Shown here in pieces: positions 57,008-64,000 of a DNA stretch of 64,000 nucleotides; positions within the stretch are counted from its first letter, which is position 1, and the number at the start of each line of letters is the position of its first letter. The notes under the pieces are model-generated. The model did no database searches. It was given only the letters and a program-made list of their open reading frames with translations, and was not told the origin of the DNA. The DNA is from Brevundimonas sp. Its GTDB lineage: Bacteria; Pseudomonadota; Alphaproteobacteria; Caulobacterales; Caulobacteraceae. The position numbers were made by a program, and so were the translations under genes. The stretch lies in NCBI RefSeq assembly GCF_035998205.1, contig NZ_DASYHT010000003.1, positions 110,921-174,920 on the forward strand, in the 5' to 3' direction.

Positions 57008-57444
57008 GCCGCTTGCTCCGAATGGGCGATACCGGCGTCGATACGCGTCACCACCTTGGTGCGCACCGGCAGCTTGGCGGCGCCGAGGCGCAGCGCCTCG
57101 CGGGCGATGTCGTCCGGCACGCCGTCGATTTCGAACATGATGCGACCCGGGGCCACGCGGGCGGCCCAGTGGTCCACCGCGCCCTTGCCCGAGCCCATCC
57201 GCACTTCGGCCGGCTTGCCGGAGACCGGCACGTCCGGGAAGATGCGGATCCAAACCCGGCCCTGACGCTTCATCTGGCGGGTGATCGCGCGGCGGGCCGC
57301 CTCGATCTGACGCGCCGTGATGCGTTCCGGCTCCAGCGACTTCAGGCCGTAGGAGCCGAAGTTCAGCGAGAAGCCCCCCTTGGCCGAGCCATGGATGCGG
57401 CCCTTGAAGGCCTTGCGGTACTTGGTCTTCTTCGGTTGCAGCAT
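57004..57444 (-). CDS. rplP: 50S ribosomal protein L16
   Basis: [19 protein letters not shown]... 146 aa. Confidence 0.98.
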   Translation of the reverse strand: MLQPKKTKYRKAFKGRIHGSAKGGFSLNFGSYGLKSLEPERITARQIEAARRAITRQMKRQGRVWIRIFPDVPVSGKPAEVRMGSGKGAVDHWAARVAPGRIMFEIDGVPDDIAREALRLGAAKLPVRTKVVTRIDAGIAHSEQAA

Positions 57445-57447
57445 GAC

Positions 57448-58203
57448 TTAGCCCTCACGTCCGCGGTCGCGACGCGGACCGCGGTCGCCGCGGGGGCCGC
57501 CACGCTCGCGGCCTTCGTTCGACGACGGGCCCGAGGCTTCCTGGGCCCAGCGCTTGTCCTGGGCCATCGGGTCGTGCTCGAGCACCTCACCCTTGAAGAC
57601 CCAGACCTTGATGCCGATGATGCCGTAGGTCGTCTTGGCTTCGTAGAAGCCGTAGTCGATGTCGGCGCGCAGGGTGTGCAGCGGCACGCGACCTTCGCGG
57701 TACCACTCCATCCGGGCGATTTCCGCACCGCCCAGACGGCCCGAGACGTTCATCCGGATGCCCTTGGCGCCGAGACGCATGGCCGACTGGATCGAACGCT
57801 TCATGGCGCGACGGAAGGCCACGCGGCGCTCCAGCTGCTGCGCGATGTTCTCGGCGATCAGCTGGGCGTCGGTCTCGGGCTTGCGCACCTCGACGATGTT
57901 GAGGTGGACCTCGCCGTCCGTGCGGGCGGAGATGTCCTTGCGCAGCTTCTCGATGTCCGCGCCCTTCTTGCCGATCACGACGCCCGGACGGGCGGCGTAG
58001 ATCGTCACGCGGCACTTCTTGTGCGGACGCTCGATGATGATGCGCGACACGCCGGCGCCCGACAGGCGCTCCTTCAGCCACGTGCGCAGCTTCAGGTCCT
58101 GGTGCAGCAGACGGGCGTAGTCGGCCCCGCCGGCGAACCAGCGGCTGTCCCAGGTGCGGTTGACGCCGAGCCGCAGCCCGACCGGATTGACTTTCTGACC
58201 CAT
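57448..58203 (-). CDS. rpsC: 30S ribosomal protein S3 (Arg/Gly-rich C-terminal tail)
   Basis: [23 protein letters not shown]... 251 aa. Confidence 0.98.
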   Translation of the reverse strand: MGQKVNPVGLRLGVNRTWDSRWFAGGADYARLLHQDLKLRTWLKERLSGAGVSRIIIERPHKKCRVTIYAARPGVVIGKKGADIEKLRKDISARTDGEVHLNIVEVRKPETDAQLIAENIAQQLERRVAFRRAMKRSIQSAMRLGAKGIRMNVSGRLGGAEIARMEWYREGRVPLHTLRADIDYGFYEAKTTYGIIGIKVWVFKGEVLEHDPMAQDKRWAQEASGPSSNEGRERGGPRGDRGPRRDRGREG

Positions 58204-58583
58204 CAGGCGGCCTCGCCGGCTTCGCGGACCACGATGGTGATCTCGCTGAACGGTTTCAGGATGCGCGAGGAGCGACCGCGAGCGCGGCTCGCGAAGCGCT
58301 TCATCACCAGGTTCTTGCCCACGAAGGCCTCAGCGACGACCAGGTTGTCGATGTCGAGGTTGTGGTTGTTCTCGGCGTTCGAGATGGCCGAGTACAGCAC
58401 CTTGCGGACGTCGCCGGCGATGCGCTTGCGGCTGAACTCGAGCTCGTTGAGCGCCTTCTGCACCGGCAGGCCGCGGATGGACTGGGCCACCAGGTTCAGC
58501 TTCTGCGGGCTGATGCGGACGTTGACCAGCTTGGCGCGGGCCTCGGTCGCACCGACGCGACGGGGATTCTTGGTCTGGGCCAT
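58203..58583 (-). CDS. rplV: 50S ribosomal protein L22
   Basis: 126 aa. ...[17 protein letters not shown]... Confidence 0.97.
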   Translation of the reverse strand: MAQTKNPRRVGATEARAKLVNVRISPQKLNLVAQSIRGLPVQKALNELEFSRKRIAGDVRKVLYSAISNAENNHNLDIDNLVVAEAFVGKNLVMKRFASRARGRSSRILKPFSEITIVVREAGEAA

Positions 58584-58586
58584 GGA

Positions 58587-58865
58587 TTACTTCCTCTTGG
58601 CCTTCTTGTCCGCCGCGTGGCCCGGGAAGTTCCGGGTCGGGGCGAACTCGCCGAACTTCATGCCGACCATGTCTTCCGACACCAGCACCGGCACGTGCTT
58701 CTGGCCATTGTGGACGCCGAACGTCAGGCCGACGAACTGCGGCAGGATGGTGGACCGGCGCGACCAGGTCTTGATCACGTCCTTGCGGCCCGAGGCCTGC
58801 GCCACGTCGGCCTTCTTGAGCAGGTACCCGTCAACGAACGGGCCTTTCCAGGAGGAGCGGGCCAT
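58587..58865 (-). CDS. rpsS: 30S ribosomal protein S19
   Basis: [18 protein letters not shown]...HNGQKHVPV. 92 aa. Confidence 0.98.
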   Translation of the reverse strand: MARSSWKGPFVDGYLLKKADVAQASGRKDVIKTWSRRSTILPQFVGLTFGVHNGQKHVPVLVSEDMVGMKFGEFAPTRNFPGHAADKKAKRK

Positions 58866-58868
58866 GTC

Positions 58869-59705
58869 TTAGCGAGCCTTCTTCACGTGACGGCTACGGA
58901 TGATGAACTTGTCCGTGGCCTTGTTCTTGCGGGTGCGGGTGCCCTTGGTGTCCTTGCCCCACGGCGTGACCGGGGTCCGGCCGCCCGAGGTGCGACCCTC
59001 ACCACCACCGTGCGGGTGGTCGATCGGGTTCATGGCGACGCCGCGGACGTGCGGACGCCAGCCCATGTGACGCTTGCGGCCCGCCTTGCCGAGGTTCTGG
59101 TTCATGTGGTCCGGGTTGGACACCGCACCGACCGTGGCCATGCAGGTGTCGAGCACCATGCGCAGCTCACCCGAGCCGAGACGGATCTGGGCGTAGCCCT
59201 GATCGCGGCCGACCAGCTGGGCGTAGGCGCCGGCCGCGCGGGCCAGCTGGGCGCCCTTGCCCGGCTTCATCTCGATGTTGTGGATGATCGTCCCGACCGG
59301 CATCGAGCGCAGCGGCATGGCGTTGCCCGGCTTCACGTCGACCTTCTCGCCGGCCACCACCTGGTCGCCGGCCTTCAGGCGCTGCGGGGCGATGATGTAG
59401 GTCTTCTCGCCGTCGGCGTAGGTGACGAGGGCGATGAAGGCCGACCGGTTCGGGTCGTACTCCAGACGCTCGACCGTGCCGACCGCGTCGAACTTGCGAC
59501 GCTTGAAGTCGATCTTGCGGTACAGGGTCTTGGCCCCGCCGCCACGGAAGCGAACGGCCACGCGACCGCCCTGCCCGCGACCGCCCGACTTGGTCAGGCC
59601 CTCGACGAGCGACTTTTCCGGACGGCCCTTGTGGAGCTCGGAGCGGTCGACCAGCACCAGGGCGCGACGGCCCGGGGAGGTCGGGTTGAAAGTCTTCAGA
59701 GCCAT
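58869..59705 (-). CDS. rplB: 50S ribosomal protein L2
   Basis: [17 protein letters not shown]...[18 protein letters not shown]. 278 aa. Confidence 0.98.
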   Translation of the reverse strand: MALKTFNPTSPGRRALVLVDRSELHKGRPEKSLVEGLTKSGGRGQGGRVAVRFRGGGAKTLYRKIDFKRRKFDAVGTVERLEYDPNRSAFIALVTYADGEKTYIIAPQRLKAGDQVVAGEKVDVKPGNAMPLRSMPVGTIIHNIEMKPGKGAQLARAAGAYAQLVGRDQGYAQIRLGSGELRMVLDTCMATVGAVSNPDHMNQNLGKAGRKRHMGWRPHVRGVAMNPIDHPHGGGEGRTSGGRTPVTPWGKDTKGTRTRKNKATDKFIIRSRHVKKAR

Positions 59706-59709
59706 CGGA

Positions 59710-60015
59710 TCAGAGCCCCGTGGTGACGTCGATCGACTGGCCCTCGGCCAGCGTCACGATCGCTTTCTTGATGTCGGTCCGGCGGCCCTGGATGCCCCGG
59801 AAGCGCTTGGTCTTGCCCTTCTGGACGAGGGTGTTGACCTTCAGGACATTGACCTTGAACAGGCTCTCGACCGCCGCGGCGATCTCGTCCTTGGTCGCCG
59901 TGTCGGCGACGCGGAAGACGACCTTGTTCTGCTCGGACAGGATCGTCGACTTCTCGGTGATCACCGGAGCCAGGATCGTGTCGTAGTGCTTGGCGGTGGG
60001 TTGGGCGCCGGCCAT
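59710..60015 (-). CDS. rplW: 50S ribosomal protein L23
   Basis: 101 aa. ...[26 protein letters not shown]... Confidence 0.96.
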   Translation of the reverse strand: MAGAQPTAKHYDTILAPVITEKSTILSEQNKVVFRVADTATKDEIAAAVESLFKVNVLKVNTLVQKGKTKRFRGIQGRRTDIKKAIVTLAEGQSIDVTTGL

Positions 60016-60653
60016 TACGCGGCCTCCTTCTCAGAGAAGCGCGCCTCGATCGCCTCGACGGCGGCCTTGGTCAGCACCAGCTTGTCCGCCCGCAGGATGT
60101 CATAGACGTTCAGGCCGGCGTTCGGCAGCACGTCCACATGCGGGATGTTGCGCGCGGCGAGACCGAAGTTGGTCTCGACCTCGGGCCCGGCGATGATCAG
60201 GGCCTTGGTCCAGCCCAGCTTGCCGAAGGTCTCGCGCAGGGCGGCGGTCTTGGCTCCCTTGACGGCCAGGCTGTCGACGACGACGAGGTCGCCCGACTTC
60301 ACCTTGGACGACAGGGCGTGCTTCAGGGCCAGGGCGCGGATCTTCTTCGGCAGCGAGAAGCCGTGGTCGCGGACGACCGGGCCGAAGGCGCGCGAGCCGC
60401 CGACGAACTGCGGCGCACGGCGCGAACCGTGACGGGCGCCGCCGGTGCCCTTCTGCTTGTACATCTTCTTGCCGGTACGAGAGTTCTCGTTCCGGGTCTG
60501 CACCTTGTGCGTACCGGCGCGGCGCTTGGCCAGCTGCCAGTTGACGGTCCGGGCCAGCAGGTCGCCGCGGATGGCGTCGATGCCGAAGACGGCGTCCGAC
60601 ACCTCGACGTCGCCGGCGGCCTTGCCGTCGAGCTTGATCACCGAGAGTTTCAT
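60015..60653 (-). CDS. rplD: 50S ribosomal protein L4
   Basis: 212 aa. ...[28 protein letters not shown]... Confidence 0.97.
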   Translation of the reverse strand: MKLSVIKLDGKAAGDVEVSDAVFGIDAIRGDLLARTVNWQLAKRRAGTHKVQTRNENSRTGKKMYKQKGTGGARHGSRRAPQFVGGSRAFGPVVRDHGFSLPKKIRALALKHALSSKVKSGDLVVVDSLAVKGAKTAALRETFGKLGWTKALIIAGPEVETNFGLAARNIPHVDVLPNAGLNVYDILRADKLVLTKAAVEAIEARFSEKEAA

Positions 60654-61423
60654 TGGGCTTCACCGCCTTCGGTCGCTTCCGCCGCCGGAGCCTCTTCGGC
60701 CGGGGTTTCCGCGGGTTGAGCAGCAGCGGCCTTGGCCGACTTCACGGCGCCCGGGTACGGGGCCTCGGCCGGACGGGCCTTCTTGATGGAGTCGCGAACC
60801 TTGACGTAGCTGCCGTCGTGGCCCGGGACAGCGCCCTTGACCAGGATCAGGCCGCGCTCGGCGTCGATGCGCACGATCGTCAGGTTCTGCTGGGTCACGA
60901 CTTCCTGACCCAGGTGACCGGCCATCTTCTTGCCGGGGAAGGTGCGGCCCGGGTCCTGACGGTTACCCGTCGAACCGTGCGAGCGGTGCGACACCGACAC
61001 GCCGTGGGTCGCACGCAGGCCGCCGAAGTTCCAGCGCTTCATGGCGCCGGCAAAGCCCTTGCCGATGGTCTCGCCCTGGATGTCGACCTTCTGGCCGGCC
61101 ACGAAGTGGTCAGCGGTCAGTTCCGCGCCGACGTCCAGCAGGGCGTCGTCCGACACCCGGAACTCGGTCACATAGGCCTTCGGCGACACCTCGGCCCTGG
61201 CGAAGGACTCGCGCAGGGGCTTGGGGGTGTTCTTGGCCTTGCGGCTGCCGGCGCCCAGCTGCAGCGCAACGTAGCCGTCGCGCTCCAGGGTCCGCTGGCC
61301 CACCACCTGACAGTTGTCGAGCTGGAGCACGGTGACCGGCACGTGGGCGCCGTCTTCGGCGAACACGCGGGTCATGCCCAGCTTCTTGGCGATCACGCCC
61401 GTTCGTAGCGCTGTGTCGCGCAT
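60650..61423 (-). CDS. rplC: 50S ribosomal protein L3 (Ala/Glu/Pro-rich C-terminal extension)
   Basis: ...[15 protein letters not shown]...[24 protein letters not shown]. 257 aa. Confidence 0.97.
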   Translation of the reverse strand: MRDTALRTGVIAKKLGMTRVFAEDGAHVPVTVLQLDNCQVVGQRTLERDGYVALQLGAGSRKAKNTPKPLRESFARAEVSPKAYVTEFRVSDDALLDVGAELTADHFVAGQKVDIQGETIGKGFAGAMKRWNFGGLRATHGVSVSHRSHGSTGNRQDPGRTFPGKKMAGHLGQEVVTQQNLTIVRIDAERGLILVKGAVPGHDGSYVKVRDSIKKARPAEAPYPGAVKSAKAAAAQPAETPAEEAPAAEATEGGEAQ

Positions 61424-61443
61424 CGGATCCCGCCTCTCCTCGA

Positions 61444-61749
61444 TTAAATCTTGATCTCGACGTCCACGCCGGCGGACAGGTCGAGCTTCATGAGCGCGTC
61501 CACGGTCTGCGGGGTGGGGTCGACGATGTCGAGCACGCGCTTGTGCGTGCGGATTTCGAACTGCTCACGCGACTTCTTGTCGACGTGCGGCGAGCGGTTC
61601 ACGGTGAACTTTTCGATCAGGGTCGGCAGCGGAATCGGGCCGCGCACCTGCGCGCCCGTACGCTTGGCCGTGTTGACGATCTCGCGCGTGGAATGGTCCA
61701 GGACGCGGTGATCGAAGGCCTTCAGCCTGATGCGGATGCTCTGATCCAT
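61444..61749 (-). CDS. rpsJ: 30S ribosomal protein S10
   Basis: The internal ATG 61749 of ORF 61444..61971 gives [33 protein letters not shown]... 101 aa. Confidence 0.97.
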   Translation of the reverse strand: MDQSIRIRLKAFDHRVLDHSTREIVNTAKRTGAQVRGPIPLPTLIEKFTVNRSPHVDKKSREQFEIRTHKRVLDIVDPTPQTVDALMKLDLSAGVDVEIKI

Positions 61750-61979
61750 ATCTCTAGCTATTCCCAAGCAGGTCGGAACCTGCGTCCCTGTGAACCATTT
61801 CAAAGACCGAAGCCTCGGGGCATCGCCCCCAGGTACGCACATCCGCAAAAACGATCGGCCCACGCGGTAGCCCGCGAAGGCCGCAAATCCCTGAAGCGCT
61901 GCAAAGAACAGGTAATCAGGTCGTTCCTGCGGACCGCGTCTGCGCCCGAAAGCGCACAGCCGGTCCAACAAGAGGCGCG

Positions 61980-62008
61980 CTTATGCCGCTCGATTCCGGC
62001 GGCGTCAA
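61980..62008 (-). promoter_or_regulatory. Candidate promoter of the S10 operon
   Basis: On the minus strand, TTGACG-N17-CATAAG lies about 230 nt upstream of rpsJ. It has the same TTGACGCC -35 element as the rpsM candidate promoter. Confidence 0.35.
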
Positions 62009-62021
62009 GCGCGGAGATGGT

Positions 62022-62051
62022 GAAGGCCCGGGGGTCCCGTCCCGGGCCTTC
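62022..62051 (-). terminator. Hairpin downstream of the GIN-domain gene (terminator-like, no clear U tract)
   Basis: GAAGGCCCGGG-GGTCCCGT-CCCGGGCCTTC, a perfect 11-bp stem. Confidence 0.5.
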
Positions 62052-62084
62052 CGCACGCGCGGGACTGGCGGCCCGCGCGCGTGT

Positions 62085-63014
62085 TCAGCGGCCGATGCGC
62101 AGCTCGCCCGACCCGAGCACCCGGCGGCGCACCTCGCCGCTGGCCCGGCCGACGGCGACGTCGCCGGATCCCACGATATTGACCTCGACCCTGCCGACCT
62201 CGCCGCCGTGGCGGACGTCGCCGCTGCCAACGATGTTGGCGGCCAGGCGGCCCGAGCGGCCGCCGGCGACGAGGATGCTGCCGCTGCCGACGATGTTCGC
62301 CTCGAGGTCGCCGCCGACGGCGGCGAGACGGACGTCGCCCGACCCCGGCACGGCGATCACCGCGTCCCCCGTGACCGCGCCGAGCCGGGCCCCGCCCGAG
62401 CCGGGCGTGGCCACGCGGACCCGGGTGCTGGTCCCGATGACTGCGTCGCCGGAGCCGGCGAGCGCGAGATCGACGTCGCCTGCCTGTCCCGCCCGGACAT
62501 CGCCGGAGCCGGCCAGCGCCACCTTCAGCTCGCCCGCCACGTCCGCCACGGTCCAGTCGCCGCAGCCGGCGTTGCCAAGATGGACGGAGCGGGCGCCCCG
62601 GCCGATCGCGCCATGGACGCCGCCCTCGGCGGAGACGCGCACCTCGCGCGGCGTGCGCACGACGATCAGCGGCGCGTCGGACAACGCCACCCGGCCGCGG
62701 TCCCGGAGGGTGACAAAGGCCCCCTCCCCCGGCTGCACGCCGGCCGGACCCTCGCGCTGGCAGCTTCTGAGATCGCGGTCGCGGACATCGCCGCGCAGGA
62801 TGACGTCGCGGCCGCGGCGCTCCAGCCGCACCGGGACCGGCGTCCCCGCCGGCGTCTCGATCTCCACGCCGATGTCGGCGCGATCCTCGACGATGACGAC
62901 GACGCGGGCCACCGCATCCTCGATCTTCACCTCCTGGGCGACGGCCAGGCCCGGGACGAGCCCGGCGAGGGCCGTGGCGGCGGTAACGGCGGCGGCGGTT
63001 CTGGCGTGGCGCAT
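62085..63014 (-). CDS. DUF2807 / GIN-domain (putative adhesin head-like) secreted protein
   Basis: 309 aa, signal peptide, and a series of GSGDV/GSGS beta-helix-like repeats (AGSGDVRAG, AGSGDAVIG, PGSGDVRLA, VGSGSILVA, VGSGDVRHG, VGSGDVAVG, LGSGELRIG). Confidence 0.65.
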   Translation of the reverse strand: MRHARTAAAVTAATALAGLVPGLAVAQEVKIEDAVARVVVIVEDRADIGVEIETPAGTPVPVRLERRGRDVILRGDVRDRDLRSCQREGPAGVQPGEGAFVTLRDRGRVALSDAPLIVVRTPREVRVSAEGGVHGAIGRGARSVHLGNAGCGDWTVADVAGELKVALAGSGDVRAGQAGDVDLALAGSGDAVIGTSTRVRVATPGSGGARLGAVTGDAVIAVPGSGDVRLAAVGGDLEANIVGSGSILVAGGRSGRLAANIVGSGDVRHGGEVGRVEVNIVGSGDVAVGRASGEVRRRVLGSGELRIGR

Positions 63015-63105
63015 GGCGTCCTCCCTGTCGCCAGGAAGGTGCGGCGCGACCCGCCTCAGGTCACTTTAAATCGAGGTCATGACGCCGATGTAAGCTTCCG
63101 GGCGT

Positions 63106-63972
63106 TCAGGCGCCGGCGTCGAGCGCCCGCACGCCGTTGACGCCGTCCGGGGCCGGGGTGAAGTCGCGCTGGAAGGCGGTCAGCCGGTCCGGCAGGACGC
63201 CCGCCCGCTTCAGCGCCAGCGAGGCCGCCCAGCGCGCCGCCAGCTCGGGCCGGCGCATCCGGTCGGTCGAGCGGGGGGCCCGCCCCTGCGCGCGCAGGAC
63301 GGCGTTGGTGTAGAGCGCGCCGTTGCGCAGGCGGCTGTCCCAGGTCTGGAAGTCCATCGACAGGGAGACGCAGAAGGCGTCGAGGTTGCGCACCCGGTGC
63401 GGCGCATACAGCGGCCATGTCAGGGCCTGACCCGGCTCGAGGTCGATTACCGTCGCGTCGGCCTCGAAGTCGGTCGTGTAGGGGATTTCCTCGGTCGTCT
63501 GGCGCGCCACCACCAGCTCCATCGACCGCTCCGGCAGATGGGCCTCGTCGCCGGGATAGACGAACACGCGCTTGCGGCCGCGCAGGTGGAACAGGACCAC
63601 GCCTGCGGCGTCGAAATGGTAGGGCGCGCCCGAGCGGGGCGAAGACAGGATCAGCTGCCCGGCGCGCATGACCGGACGCAGGCCCGGATAGGCGGCGCAT
63701 ACGCGCTCGAAGTCTTCCGAGGCCGCCGCCCACAGGTCCGGGCAGGCCGTCTCGACCGCGCGCAGGTTGACCCAGAGATGGCCGGCCTTGATGGCCGTCA
63801 GCAGGTCCGCGCCGGACAGGTCGCCGCGCGCGCCGGTGCGCAGCGAATGGCTGCCGTCCTCGGCGAAGTCATAGAGGTTGATGTCGAACAGATCCGCCGG
63901 ATACCGCTCCAGCAACCCGGCCAGCCAGGCGTCCTCGGCGAAGCCACGCCGGACAAGGTCGTGGCTGTGCAC
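63106..63972 (-). CDS. Cupin / JmjC-like 2-oxoglutarate-Fe(II) oxygenase family protein (5' end possibly beyond the listed GTG)
   Basis: 288 aa. PYHFDAAGVVLFHLRGRKRVFVYP (HxD motif) and ...WPLYAPHRV (distal His). The frame stays open upstream of 63972 to the window edge. Confidence 0.5.
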   Translation of the reverse strand: MHSHDLVRRGFAEDAWLAGLLERYPADLFDINLYDFAEDGSHSLRTGARGDLSGADLLTAIKAGHLWVNLRAVETACPDLWAAASEDFERVCAAYPGLRPVMRAGQLILSSPRSGAPYHFDAAGVVLFHLRGRKRVFVYPGDEAHLPERSMELVVARQTTEEIPYTTDFEADATVIDLEPGQALTWPLYAPHRVRNLDAFCVSLSMDFQTWDSRLRNGALYTNAVLRAQGRAPRSTDRMRRPELAARWAASLALKRAGVLPDRLTAFQRDFTPAPDGVNGVRALDAGA

Positions 63973-64000
63973 GGCGGGGCCAGGGATCGGGCCGGTGTGG

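Noticed and set aside
52831-58872. Several 300-620-aa plus-strand ORFs across the ribosomal cluster (52831..54675, 54341..56200, 57013..58872 and others)
   Set aside because: All are antisense to unmistakable r-protein genes, and their translations are low-complexity.
62085-63014. Nucleotide-level tandem repeats in the GIN-domain gene
   Set aside because: The periodicity is at the protein level (GSGDV turns of a beta-helix-like fold). The DNA copies are too diverged to be a recent repeat expansion.

Overview
High-GC (roughly two-thirds G+C by eye) alphaproteobacterial chromosome segment. Gene content looks Caulobacterales-like, which is an inference and not a database result. The left third carries housekeeping and metabolic genes: cysE, NUDIX, nitroreductase, a TonB-dependent receptor, TauE, queF, nitronate monooxygenase, fasciclin, csp, a CBS / alpha-beta hydrolase / cystathionine lyase operon, rnr and a double M16 peptidase. 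The middle carries five things. First, a small XRE/LuxR regulator cluster with reading-frame anomalies. Second, an 11-kb minus-strand glycan-utilisation locus (GH3, TonB-dependent receptor, two tryptophan-halogenase-family genes, LacI, GPH/MFS) with two LacI-type operators. Third, an oxygenase-like gene lacking recognisable Rieske ligands. Fourth, a 1.5-kb low-GC islet bounded by a 15-nt direct repeat of the 3' end of tRNA-Ser(GCU). Fifth, degP, an NPP phosphodiesterase and an ABC-2 exporter. The right 15 kb is the S10-spc-alpha ribosomal cluster, rpsJ to rplQ: 24 r-protein genes plus secY, adk and rpoA, with a TonB-family gene inserted between adk and rpsM. I saw no rRNA, CRISPR array, transposase or integrase, and I did not recognise a clear multi-gene novel system. 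The most unusual items are listed here. (1) An IF-1-like OB-fold reading frame continues in frame directly after the TAG stop of a cold-shock gene and has no canonical start codon. (2) The tRNA-Ser islet carries a PD-(D/E)xK-like nuclease. (3) A DUF559 endonuclease gene is flanked by 123-bp structured direct repeats. (4) Two paralogous secreted proteins of unknown function carry a TonB-box-like N-terminal motif. (5) There are frame switches in the LuxR-type gene region. All functional calls come from reading the translations; no searches were run.
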